This document shows, one piece after another, positions 43,983 through 54,112 of a stretch of 64,000 nt of DNA. The position numbers were made by a program, and so were the translations under genes. Within the stretch, counting starts at the first letter, position 1. Each line of letters opens with the position of its first letter. Source of the DNA: a virus; the IMG/VR virus record IMGVR_UViG_3300024999_000049, positions 32,001 to 96,000 of that record. One strand, written 5' to 3'. The notes beneath the pieces are model-generated. The model saw only the letters and a list, made by a program, of their open reading frames with translations, was not told the DNA's origin and made no database searches.

Positions 43983-44000
43983 TATAATAAGGAGAATACA

Positions 44001-45062
44001 ATGTTGAAATTACCAATGGCTTTAGATTTAAAAACTAATACTTTAATACATATTAGCAATGTTACAAATGAAAATAAAAATCAATTTGAATTTATTTGCC
44101 CTAAATGTAAGAGTCCACTTATAATTAAAATGGGAGATATAAAGACGCACCATTTTGCTCATAAAATTAAAGACTGTGAAATAAATGGTGAAACTATCAT
44201 GCATCTATTGGCAAAGACAATAATCAGTGAAAATAGCACAATAATATTTCCTATATACAATCCTGTAACTTTAAAGTGGTTAAGAATTGAACAACCATAT
44301 ACTATTCATAAAATAGAATCTAGTTATGAAGATATAATTCCAGATATGATTATAAATATAAATGGAAGACTTGTTTTTATAGAAGTAGCCTTTAGTCACT
44401 TTATAGACAAGGAAAAATATGAGAAACTAAAAAGAATAGGTATAGAAACATGGGAAATTGATTTAAGAAAGTTGGATATTTATAATTATGATTCTTTTGC
44501 ATTTGGAATGATAAGGGATATATTTAACAAGGAATCTATTATAATCAATTTGGGAGATTATAGAGATTATCTTAATTCTGATTATGAAGAATTTAGCAAA
44601 TCAAATCTTTTGGCATATGAATTAGTAGAACAATATAATAAAACTGAAGATATTGATTTTAGTGATTATGGAAAGCAATATCCCTTATTACATGGTAATA
44701 ATTATTTCAAACTTATTGGTACTAAAAACATGAAAGAATATTGGTTATGTATTTACCATGACAAAATTGATACTAAAGAAATTATTACTGTTGAAATATA
44801 TTATAATACAAACATTGATCTTAAAAGTATTCATCTGGTACATTATAAATTAACTAAAAACAACAATTATACTTCTTTCTCTGGTGGATGGTATAGTGAA
44901 TATAATAAATTCAACGATGAAACCACTGATAATCTTGATTATATGGCATGGTATTTGAAAGAATTATTAAATAATAAGAATAAAGTAAATCTTAAATATA
45001 ATAAATATAATGATAACTACATGTTATTTGGTGGAATAGTTTTGAAATGCAAATACAATTAA
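44001..45062 (+). CDS. CoiA-like Zn-finger plus PD-(D/E)XK nuclease
   Basis: CPKC...KMG.IKTHHFAH, GET..H..AK, IPD...IEVAFSH. Confidence 0.75.
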   Translation: MLKLPMALDLKTNTLIHISNVTNENKNQFEFICPKCKSPLIIKMGDIKTHHFAHKIKDCEINGETIMHLLAKTIISENSTIIFPIYNPVTLKWLRIEQPYTIHKIESSYEDIIPDMIININGRLVFIEVAFSHFIDKEKYEKLKRIGIETWEIDLRKLDIYNYDSFAFGMIRDIFNKESIIINLGDYRDYLNSDYEEFSKSNLLAYELVEQYNKTEDIDFSDYGKQYPLLHGNNYFKLIGTKNMKEYWLCIYHDKIDTKEIITVEIYYNTNIDLKSIHLVHYKLTKNNNYTSFSGGWYSEYNKFNDETTDNLDYMAWYLKELLNNKNKVNLKYNKYNDNYMLFGGIVLKCKYN

Positions 45063-45154
45063 GTGATAAGTTAAAGAATTATTTAATATTAAGATATAAG
45101 TTCTTTAATATTAATATATAAACTTATAGATATAAAGAAAGGAGGAAACTAATT

Positions 45155-45328
45155 ATGGAATATGTAGAAGGTTATGATTTAGATATATATCCAGAAGAAG
45201 TAATTAAATATTGTCCGTTATGTGGTTTGGAATGTGTAGACATAGGAGTTAATGGAGCAGGAATTTATGAAGGAGAAGATTTTGTTTGTGTCAATGTAGA
45301 TTGTAAAAATTATTTTAAACATATTTAA
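45155..45328 (+). CDS. Small Zn-ribbon protein (not in ORF track)
   Basis: AGGAGG RBS; CPLC...CVNVDC. Confidence 0.6.
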   Translation: MEYVEGYDLDIYPEEVIKYCPLCGLECVDIGVNGAGIYEGEDFVCVNVDCKNYFKHI

Positions 45329-45355
45329 TGTAAATATATCCGTTTAATCCTTTAT

Positions 45356-45441
45356 TTTTACTCAAATTTTCCCTAGAATTTCCTCAATTTTTGTCTAATT
45401 TCCACCCAATTTTACTAAATTCTAAGAAATTTTGAGTAAAA
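45356..45441. repeat. Long imperfect inverted repeat
   Basis: TTTACTCAAATTTTCCCTAGAATTT / AAATTCTAAGAAATTTTGAGTAAA. Confidence 0.65.
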
Positions 45442-45528
45442 TTTAAATAAAACAAAATACCTGCTAAAACTCACTAATTCCCCACCAAATACTGAAAAAA
45501 CTTTTTAACTAAGTAGATATAATAATGC

Positions 45529-45558
45529 TTGACACAGCTTTCCACCTCATGGTATAAT
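45529..45558 (+). promoter_or_regulatory. Sigma-A promoter; TTTTAACTAAGT element upstream at 45503-45514
   Basis: TTGACA-18-TATAAT. Confidence 0.7.
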
Positions 45559-45730
45559 GTATATGTGAGGTTGAGGTAACAAAAAAAATAAATATAGTAA
45601 AGGTTGATTTTCAGTGTCTTATGACTCCCATCATTTTACACTCATATACATAGAGGGGCAGTACTTTACAATTGTACTCCCCTCACCCACCTTAACTATG
45701 GTATTTTTGAAGAAAGGAGGACTTAAAACA

Positions 45731-45964
45731 ATGACGTATAGAAAAGAACTTACTATTGTCACAGCAGAAGCAGATGATATAGAAAAAGGTACAGAATTTT
45801 ATTTAAAAGATGATGTTGATGCTATGATTAATGATATTGAAAATGAAGTTAATGAAATACAATCTTACATAGAAGATTATAAAGAATGGACTGTCGATGA
45901 TTTAATTAATAATCTAGACATTATTTATGAAAAATTAAAAAAATTATCTAATAATTTATATTAA
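45731..45964 (+). CDS. Small acidic protein (start corrected to MTYRKE)
   Basis: AAGGAGG RBS. Confidence 0.65.
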   Translation: MTYRKELTIVTAEADDIEKGTEFYLKDDVDAMINDIENEVNEIQSYIEDYKEWTVDDLINNLDIIYEKLKKLSNNLY

Positions 45965-46007
45965 TTAAATTTATATGATATTAAAAAGAAAGGAGGAAAT
46001 CTAGACA

Positions 46008-46385
46008 ATGCTAAAATATAAGGATACATATTTTATTGGTAAGACAAAAGATTCTAAAGGTATTGTCTCATCAAATAAAGATGATAACTATATACGTTGC
46101 AAGAATGGTATTCAAATTTATCGTTACAACAAAAATATATTAGTAGTTCAATTTAATACAGTTGGTATTGCTAATAATCGTTTAAAAGAATTATCTGCTA
46201 TAGGAATTAATTTAACACCTTTTCAAATTGGAGATAATGAACAGACCTATACATTCTCTGAATCTATATTGGATAAAGTAGCTGATATTGTAAAAGCCAG
46301 AAAGAGAATTAAAAAGAATTATACAGATGAACAGAAATTAGAAATAAAACTCAGATTAGAAAAAGGACGTAATTTGAATAGATAA
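46008..46385 (+). CDS. Conserved phage hypothetical protein
   Basis: AAGGAGG RBS; DDNYIRC...QIYRY family. Confidence 0.7.
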   Translation: MLKYKDTYFIGKTKDSKGIVSSNKDDNYIRCKNGIQIYRYNKNILVVQFNTVGIANNRLKELSAIGINLTPFQIGDNEQTYTFSESILDKVADIVKARKRIKKNYTDEQKLEIKLRLEKGRNLNR

Positions 46386-46648
46386 ATGAGGTTATTTTGA
46401 TTTAACTTGCTCAAATGTATTCCTATTCATTTTTTCGAGTTTAGAAGCAAATAGTATACGTTTTCTATTTAAATTAAAGGAATTTTTATAATAGGATGCG
46501 TATTAAAAAGGTTGAACTAAATAATTATAGTAATAGTGAGGTTTAATTAATTATGAAAATTGTATCTCAGAATAAAGTTCTTTTAAAGAATTTGTGGAAG
46601 TTGGAAAAGAGATTAGAAAAGAAGAAAGGTACAAAGTGAGGTGAAAAT

Positions 46649-47899
46649 TTGAACATAGCAATTATAGATACTGACTTAATTGGACGTAAAAGCCATAGAT
46701 TTCCAAACTTGTGTAGTATGAAGATTAGCGGTTATCATAAAGAACAGGGATATAATGTTGAGTTGATTACAGATTATAAAGATTTATATTTGGATAGTAA
46801 TACTTGGAATGAATATCAAGATGCAATTTTAAAATATTCAAAAAATCAGAATAATAAAACAAGTGAGTTATTAAGAGAAAAGATGATACCTTGTTTTAAA
46901 AAAGAAAGTTTCAAATATGATAAAATCTTTATATCTAAAGTATTTACAGATACAGAAATTGATGAAGATTTTCTAAAACTTGATTTTGTAGAATATGGTG
47001 GAACTGGCTTTACGTATGACAAGGCTCCTGATATCCCCTATGAAATTGAACACCATATACCAGACTATCACTTATATGATGATTGGGTAAATTTAATGAT
47101 TGAATCTGGTCAGAATAAAAAGGATTTTGAGTATTATCTTGATTATTCAATTGGATACTTAACACGCCACTGTTTTAGAGGATGCTTCTTTTGTGTAAAT
47201 AAGAATTACAAGAAAGTTGATTTTAATACTAGTGTAAAAGAGTTTTTGGATACATCAAGAAAATACATATGCTTACTGGATGATAATATTTTAGGATATT
47301 CTGATTGGAAGTCTGTGATTGATGAACTGATTAATACAAAGAAATATTTTGTATTCAAACAAGGTATGGATATAAGATTAATGACTGACGAAAAAGCTGC
47401 AATTCTTTCAAAATGTAAATACAGAGGTGACTATATATTTGCCTTTGATGATATTAAGGATAGAGATTCAATAGAAAAGAAACTTGAACTCTGGAGAAAA
47501 TATTGTAAGAAAACTACTAAGTTATATGTGTTTTGTGGGTTTGAAGATAGTGTACAGGACATTATAAGTACTTTTGAAAGAATTAAGATTCTTATGAAGT
47601 ATGGGTGTCTCCCCTATATCATGAGACATGAAAATTATATTAAAAATAAGTTCTTTGGTACTTACATAAACCTTGCTAGATGGTGTAATCAACCCAATTT
47701 CTTTAAGAAGAAAAGTTATAGAGAATATTGTCAGGCTAATCAGGATAGGACAAAGGTTAGGGAGTGTTCGGCAGTAAGATATTTGAAGGAATTGGAGGAA
47801 TTATATCCAGAGATCGCAAAAGAGTATTATGATTTGAAGTATGAGAAACTAAATAAATATAGTAATACAAATAAAACTAGGAAGAAGAAAATACAATGA
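46649..47899 (+). CDS. Radical SAM protein (phage type)
   Basis: CFRGCFFC cluster motif, FPNL.SMKISG N-terminus, LLDDNIL, QGMDIRL. Confidence 0.9.
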   Translation: MNIAIIDTDLIGRKSHRFPNLCSMKISGYHKEQGYNVELITDYKDLYLDSNTWNEYQDAILKYSKNQNNKTSELLREKMIPCFKKESFKYDKIFISKVFTDTEIDEDFLKLDFVEYGGTGFTYDKAPDIPYEIEHHIPDYHLYDDWVNLMIESGQNKKDFEYYLDYSIGYLTRHCFRGCFFCVNKNYKKVDFNTSVKEFLDTSRKYICLLDDNILGYSDWKSVIDELINTKKYFVFKQGMDIRLMTDEKAAILSKCKYRGDYIFAFDDIKDRDSIEKKLELWRKYCKKTTKLYVFCGFEDSVQDIISTFERIKILMKYGCLPYIMRHENYIKNKFFGTYINLARWCNQPNFFKKKSYREYCQANQDRTKVRECSAVRYLKELEELYPEIAKEYYDLKYEKLNKYSNTNKTRKKKIQ

Positions 47900-47947
47900 A
47901 TAAACAGTTTTAACGTCTTTTTAGGCGAGAGAGAGAGAGGTGAAAAG

Positions 47948-48475
47948 TTGAGCTATTATGCAGGAATAGGTTCTAGAGAAACACCTTCGGATGTACTAAC
48001 TATATTTGAAAAAGTTGGAAAGTTTCTGGCACAGAAAGACTTTATATTACGTTCTGGTCATGCGGAAGGTGCAGATAAGGCATTTGAAAATGGTTGTGAT
48101 AAGGTTAATGGATTGAAAGAAATATATTTGCCTTGGAAGGGTTTTGAGGGTTCAGAATCAGATTTAATAGTTTTTGATATAAGAGCTTTTGAAATTGCTG
48201 AAAAGTATCATCCTTATTGGAATAACTTAAAACAAGGTGGGCAAAAACTTCAGGCTAGAAATAGTCATCAAGTTTTAGGAAGTGATTTAGAAACTCCTTC
48301 ATCTTTTGTTTTGTGTTGGACTAAGAATGGTAAAGGTTCTGGTGGAACAGGTCAAGCAATAAGGATTGCAAAAGCTTATGATATTCCCATATTTGATGCT
48401 GGAAAATATAAAAGTGAAGATATTGGAAATCAATTAAAGATATTTCTGATGGGTAGTAGTGTTTCAGTGCGATAG
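47948..48475 (+). CDS. SLOG-superfamily (DprA/YspA-like) nucleotide-binding protein
   Basis: YAGIGSRETP, LRSGHAEGADKAF, ARN, GGTGQAIRIA. Confidence 0.85.
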   Translation: MSYYAGIGSRETPSDVLTIFEKVGKFLAQKDFILRSGHAEGADKAFENGCDKVNGLKEIYLPWKGFEGSESDLIVFDIRAFEIAEKYHPYWNNLKQGGQKLQARNSHQVLGSDLETPSSFVLCWTKNGKGSGGTGQAIRIAKAYDIPIFDAGKYKSEDIGNQLKIFLMGSSVSVR

Positions 48476-49242
48476 ACACAACGAAAAAGAACTTTTAACG
48501 GCTTTTGTTCAAAACAATAACAAATATAATAACTAATAAATTTTAAAAAGAAAGGATAGTCACAATGCTAATTATAGTTAATTGCAAACCATATAGGGTT
48601 ATTTCTTGTACCGACAAATTTATAATTGCTAATAATGATAAATATACTGAAAGTTTTAATCCAGATGATATCACTTTAGTAGTTGCACAAAGTAAAGATG
48701 AAATAATACCAGAATGTTTGATTAATAAAGACATATTTGCGGTGACAGAAGGAGATTCGGATGATGGAGAAGAGTATGAATATACAAATAGAAAGAGTTA
48801 ATACAGAAGTTGAAGAGGAAGTAAAAGAAAAGAACTGTTTAAATTGTGAGTTTATCAAATTAAATCAAAAAGGCACGATGTCTTGTCATCGTAGAGAAAA
48901 TGAAGGTGTAGTTTTTGAAATAGTTGATGTATATACTGCACATCTCCCCTGCCCTGCTAGAGATGTGGAAGTATGGGATGAGTGGATGGATGAGAATGGT
49001 GAATTTGCAGGTAATAAAGAATTGAATTATGGGTATCAAGAATGGCTAGAAAATAAAGGAGTATAATGTTAATAAATTTCTGTGCTAATTTTAATTGCAA
49101 GAATAAGTATTGGTGTAAGAGATATTGTACTGCTTCTGATCTGAATTATAAAGATATTCCGAATTTACAAAATGAGTGTAATGAGAGTAATAAATATGCT
49201 TTATACAAGAATTGGAAGGGTTGAGAAAGGTGAAATATAAAT

Positions 49243-49662
49243 ATGCTGCTGTGTTTAAAATGTTTTAAAGTATATATGCAGAAAACTATTAAAAATAATC
49301 AATGTAAACTAAAAGAATGTAACGGTGAAGTAGTTGAAATTGATGAATTGTTTATACCTGTGATTGCTGAACTCAATAGAAAAAGTTATGAGACTTTGTT
49401 TTGTTGTTCAGGTCATGTTGGAGAGTATAAGCCTAATAGTTACATATATTTTAAAGATGATGTAAAATTACCTAATTTACCTGAAGGATATTTATATGAT
49501 AAAGATATGTATCCTGATGTGGATTGGAAGAAATATCAGGTTAAAAATACCATAAGAAAAGAATTTAATAATAAAAAGAGTTTGGTTGAATTAAGTAAAG
49601 ATATTTTTGAGAATGCGGTTAGTGTTTTGAAGTGGGCTGAAGGGTTAGAAAATTTAAGATGA
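49243..49662 (+). CDS. Zn-binding hypothetical protein
   Basis: CLKC...C...C; EIDE...P.I..LN.K.YET.FCCSGH. Confidence 0.7.
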   Translation: MLLCLKCFKVYMQKTIKNNQCKLKECNGEVVEIDELFIPVIAELNRKSYETLFCCSGHVGEYKPNSYIYFKDDVKLPNLPEGYLYDKDMYPDVDWKKYQVKNTIRKEFNNKKSLVELSKDIFENAVSVLKWAEGLENLR

Positions 49663-50050
49663 GATTAATGGGGGGTATTGGGTTATCCCCTACTCACCTT
49701 ATTATTTAATAAAATATTATTTATAGGAGAATAATTATGACAAATAATGAAATTAAAAGAGATATACAAAAAAGAATTAATAAACTTGGAGCAGTTGGTG
49801 CTTATACAGATATGGTATTAGCAAATGCAAAAGTAATTAGATTACAAGTTCCAGATATGCTAAAAACATACGAAGGTAGATTTTACTTTTTTAATATGTG
49901 TCATTCTTTTACTATAAAAGCAATTCAAAAGGTTGGACTATTTGATTTATTTAAAAAGGATGTATTTACAGAAGGCTTAGAGAATGTAATAACTGATTTA
50001 ATATATCAAGATACGTTAAAAAAGATCAACAGCATAATATAGGAGGACAG

Positions 50051-52864
50051 TTGATGCACAACAGACAGTTTTATACATGCAAATTTAAATCTTCACGCTT
50101 AAAAGAGTTTCAATATAATATAAATATATCTTTTGATGAAGCTAGAGAATTAAAAGAAGTAATAGCTTTAGCTGATAGTCAGATATTAAGAAGTATAAGG
50201 GATATTAGAAAACGTACAGTAAATTATAACAATCTTGAAAGATTATATAAAGAAAGAAATATAAGAAGAAAAAGAAACAATCCTCTTAAATCTACTGAGA
50301 ATTCAGATAGAATTACAGAAATTCAGGATAGAATTATTCGTACTATGTTTATACCAGATTATGTTACTATAGTTGTGGAACATCCATCTCATTATAAAAG
50401 AATATATGAAAATGGGATAATAATCAACAATAAGATTTATAGGCGTTTTAGTTGCTCTGCTGGTCAAGCTCGTGTTTCTACGGTAGTACTATGTAATGAA
50501 GATATTATTGATGAATTATGGGAAAGACTTAATAATGGGCGTGATATAACCAAGTCTATAGCCCCTAGTAAGTTCAATTCATACTTTGGATTGGCAGGGT
50601 CAGCCACTTATAAGGTTAGTGAACCTAAATTTATTATTGTTAAAGATTTTATTAATAATAATGAATTTGAAGCAAATTTTGTAACTGAAAAAGCATGGGA
50701 TATAGATGATGAAATAGAAACTAAATTAGTTAAAATGGATATGAATAGAACTGATGGTATGGGGTTAATCAGTCCAAAACAGGCAAAAAAATGGGCGGAC
50801 GAATTAGGATTAGATTGGATTCCTTCTCAATTTTGTATAAGACAAAATTTTCTGAAGGGTATGCTCTGTTGCTTTCCTATACATCTTTTCTGTGAAGAAG
50901 AAAACAATGGCAATTATATTATTAATACTATTTATAAAGATGAAGATGGAAATTATATTAAGGCTGATTTAAGAGAATATGATGTTATCATAACTGAATC
51001 ACAATTTAAGTTATGGAACAGTTTCCCAAATATTAATACATATATTGACAATTGTCATAAAAATAAGTTGTTTTGGGGAGTATCACAATATACCCCCAAA
51101 GAAGCAAAAGATATATTAAAACTCAACTATCAATTTATACAAACCTTGAATTTGAACCAACAAAATATAGTAAGTTTGTGTAAACAGTTTGTAGATTGGT
51201 TATGTGGAGTATCATATGACAATGTATATTATATGCTATTATTTTTACTTGGAGTTAATAACAATGAATATAGTATTAAAGAGTATTTGAAAAGTAGTAA
51301 TAACTATTGGATAAAGAGTTTAATTGCTAATCCAGAATTAAAGAATGATAAATATATTCGAACAAAAATTCGTGAACTTTTAAAAATTAAGATTCAGAAC
51401 GGTTGCATGGGCGATATTTTTGCAGATGGAAATTTTCAAGTTTTAGTGTATGACCCCTATGGATTTATGCAACATGTTTGTGGTAAGGAAGTTACAGGAT
51501 TACTTCAAAAGGATGAGTTTTATTCAAATTATTGGAATGAACACAATGTAAAGCAAATTGATGGTATGAGATCACCATTAACATATCGTAGTGAACATGT
51601 AATACTGAATTTGAGAAAAGATGAGTTAACTGAAAAATGGTATGAATACTGTAAATTAGGTATTATTCTGAATTATCATGGACATGAAGTGGTAAATTTT
51701 GGAGGAGCAGATGTGGATTTTGATATATTAGCTACAAGTTCAAATCTAGAGATTATCAAAGGGGTTTACGTTGATGAATTACCAGTAACATATACACCTC
51801 CAAAACCAAAAGGAATAGTTTTTACTGAAGATGATTTGTATAAAGCTGATACATTTTCATTTGGTTCTATAATTGGTTCTATTACAAATAAGAGTAGTAA
51901 TGGTTATGCGTTACTTCCAAATATTGAGAAAAAATATGGAAAAGATAGTGAAGAATATAAAATAACACTATCAAGATTAAAACAATGCTGTAAGGCACAA
52001 TCAGCACAAATTGATAAAGCAAAAATAGGCAAAGAAGTGAAAGGTATTCCGAAGTTATGGATATATAAACAAAAAATTAATGTAAATGATAATGGTAAGG
52101 TTTTAGATACAGATGAAGTAGTTAAAGAAAAGAATAAATATAATAGTATATTACTTAATAAATATCCATATTTTTTTAAATATTTATATAAAGATGCAAA
52201 AAGAAAATATAAAAAATACTGCGAAGAAAATGAAATGACTTGTCATCAAAAATTTAAAATGTCTTTTAAAAAACTTAAAGATTTAGAAAGACATTCACCT
52301 GAACAAACACAGTTTATTGAAAATTTTAATATCTACTCCCCTTTAACTCATAGTGATAATCCTATGAATTTGCTGTGTAAACATATAGAAGGTATTAACT
52401 TTGAGATAAAGGAAAAAATAAATAATGATGTAGATTTTGATGTAATATTATATAAAAATAATAGTCATGATTATACTAGAGAACAATATGATGAAATTAT
52501 TAAAGTATTAAAATCTCATATTGCCAGTATAAGACTTGATAGATTGCTACCAGATAACACAGATGATACACATTTTGATGATGAAAGTGTCAGAGAATAT
52601 AATGTTGATAATGATACTTTAGAGAAAAATATTAATAAAGTTTGTAGTGATGTATATATGGTAACAAATGTCCTTGTAGATTATTTTTATATTATTAAGC
52701 CAAGTGCAAATAAAGATATTTTATGGAGTATATATGGGAAGTATATTTTTGATAATGTTCGAAAGAATACTTTATATGTCACAAAATTTCCATTTCCAAA
52801 TAAAAAAGGTGATATTGTATATTTGAATAAACAATATTCACTGAAGGAGATTATAATAGAATGA
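50051..52864 (+). CDS. YonO-like single-subunit (double-psi barrel) DNA-dependent RNA polymerase
   Basis: SAGQAR, TDGMGLISP, FCIRQNFLKG, RSPL, metal motif GADVDFD, QIDKAK; positioned upstream of the late genes as in SPbeta. Confidence 0.85.
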   Translation: MMHNRQFYTCKFKSSRLKEFQYNINISFDEARELKEVIALADSQILRSIRDIRKRTVNYNNLERLYKERNIRRKRNNPLKSTENSDRITEIQDRIIRTMFIPDYVTIVVEHPSHYKRIYENGIIINNKIYRRFSCSAGQARVSTVVLCNEDIIDELWERLNNGRDITKSIAPSKFNSYFGLAGSATYKVSEPKFIIVKDFINNNEFEANFVTEKAWDIDDEIETKLVKMDMNRTDGMGLISPKQAKKWADELGLDWIPSQFCIRQNFLKGMLCCFPIHLFCEEENNGNYIINTIYKDEDGNYIKADLREYDVIITESQFKLWNSFPNINTYIDNCHKNKLFWGVSQYTPKEAKDILKLNYQFIQTLNLNQQNIVSLCKQFVDWLCGVSYDNVYYMLLFLLGVNNNEYSIKEYLKSSNNYWIKSLIANPELKNDKYIRTKIRELLKIKIQNGCMGDIFADGNFQVLVYDPYGFMQHVCGKEVTGLLQKDEFYSNYWNEHNVKQIDGMRSPLTYRSEHVILNLRKDELTEKWYEYCKLGIILNYHGHEVVNFGGADVDFDILATSSNLEIIKGVYVDELPVTYTPPKPKGIVFTEDDLYKADTFSFGSIIGSITNKSSNGYALLPNIEKKYGKDSEEYKITLSRLKQCCKAQSAQIDKAKIGKEVKGIPKLWIYKQKINVNDNGKVLDTDEVVKEKNKYNSILLNKYPYFFKYLYKDAKRKYKKYCEENEMTCHQKFKMSFKKLKDLERHSPEQTQFIENFNIYSPLTHSDNPMNLLCKHIEGINFEIKEKINNDVDFDVILYKNNSHDYTREQYDEIIKVLKSHIASIRLDRLLPDNTDDTHFDDESVREYNVDNDTLEKNINKVCSDVYMVTNVLVDYFYIIKPSANKDILWSIYGKYIFDNVRKNTLYVTKFPFPNKKGDIVYLNKQYSLKEIIIE

Positions 52865-53697
52865 CAAATTATAAATATAATGAATTGTCTTATGCAGAAC
52901 TTATATATAGTAAAGGATTTCAAACAAAACATATTCCTACAGAATTAAGATTATTAGTATTGTATTATAGGGATGTGTTAAAATTAAAACCGAAGGAAAG
53001 AGAGGAAAGACTAAATGAGTTTTGTAAAAATAATGTATCTAATTTTAAGAAAGAAAAGTTATTTAAGACAATAAATACAGCATTAAATTCTGCACTAAAG
53101 AAAGATCAAAAACTTATTACAATTGAAAAAATTGATATATCTAAAACTGAAATAGATTATATAAATTTGTTGGATATTCAATATGAATATAAAAAGGTAA
53201 TGTTTGCGTTCTTAGTTCAAATGAAACTCAATAAAATTGTGTATGAATATAAATATGAAAAAGAATATAGTAGTATTTATTTCAAAGGTGGAATAAAAAA
53301 GTATAATAATATAAAGAAAATGGCTAATATTCCTACAAAAATGCTTATTAATGATGAAGTGATAAATAAGTTAGAAGAATTAAAATTAATAACTATATTA
53401 CATAAAGGTGCTATTCTTCTTGATTATATTAATAATTGTGTTCAAGGTAAAGAAATTGTTATTACAATAACTGATTTTGAGAATATTGGATTGTATTTAG
53501 ATTATTATAATGAAGTTAAAGGTGTAAAGGAATGTGAGAACAATTGTGGATGCATTATTAAAATAAAAAGTAACAAACAGAAGTATTGTGATAATTGTGC
53601 TAAAGAAATGCAATTACAATGGCAAAGAGACTCTATGAAAAAAAATAGAAGTAAAATATGTGAAGTTTTAGAAAACCCTGAAAATATGCATGAATAA
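52861..53697 (+). CDS. RNAP-coupled conserved protein with C-terminal Zn ribbon
   Basis: ATGA overlap with the RNAP gene; CENNCG...KYCDNC. Confidence 0.75.
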   Translation: MTNYKYNELSYAELIYSKGFQTKHIPTELRLLVLYYRDVLKLKPKEREERLNEFCKNNVSNFKKEKLFKTINTALNSALKKDQKLITIEKIDISKTEIDYINLLDIQYEYKKVMFAFLVQMKLNKIVYEYKYEKEYSSIYFKGGIKKYNNIKKMANIPTKMLINDEVINKLEELKLITILHKGAILLDYINNCVQGKEIVITITDFENIGLYLDYYNEVKGVKECENNCGCIIKIKSNKQKYCDNCAKEMQLQWQRDSMKKNRSKICEVLENPENMHE

Positions 53698-54112
53698 AGG
53701 GTTTTAAGAATAATTTGTTTTTTCTAACTTATGATAAGTAAAGGAGTATAATAATTAATTTTATTACCTCCTTTCTTCCATACCCAAAAATAAGTTATAA
53801 AATTTAAAATGTAAAGGAAGTGTAAACCACACTTGAAACAAATTACCCAAAATGTTTTTAAGGAATTAATGGTTCTTGGATTACTTAAATCAGATGAAAA
53901 TTTTAAAAACTATGTTGTAGTTAATAAGCATAAAAAGAGCAAACAGAAAACTTATTATGTAGAGCACAGGGATTTAACTGAAAAAGAATATGCAGATTTG
54001 AAAAAGTATGGTAGGAAAAGCGGTAATATTCTTGATGAATATTATGAGACTATTGGATGATTTTAAAAATAAACCATAGAAAGGTTTGATTAGATGAAAC
54101 TAAGTGTAGTCT

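Noticed and set aside
47927-47940. GA dinucleotide run before the SLOG gene
   Set aside because: Short and merges into the RBS; no evidence of phase variation
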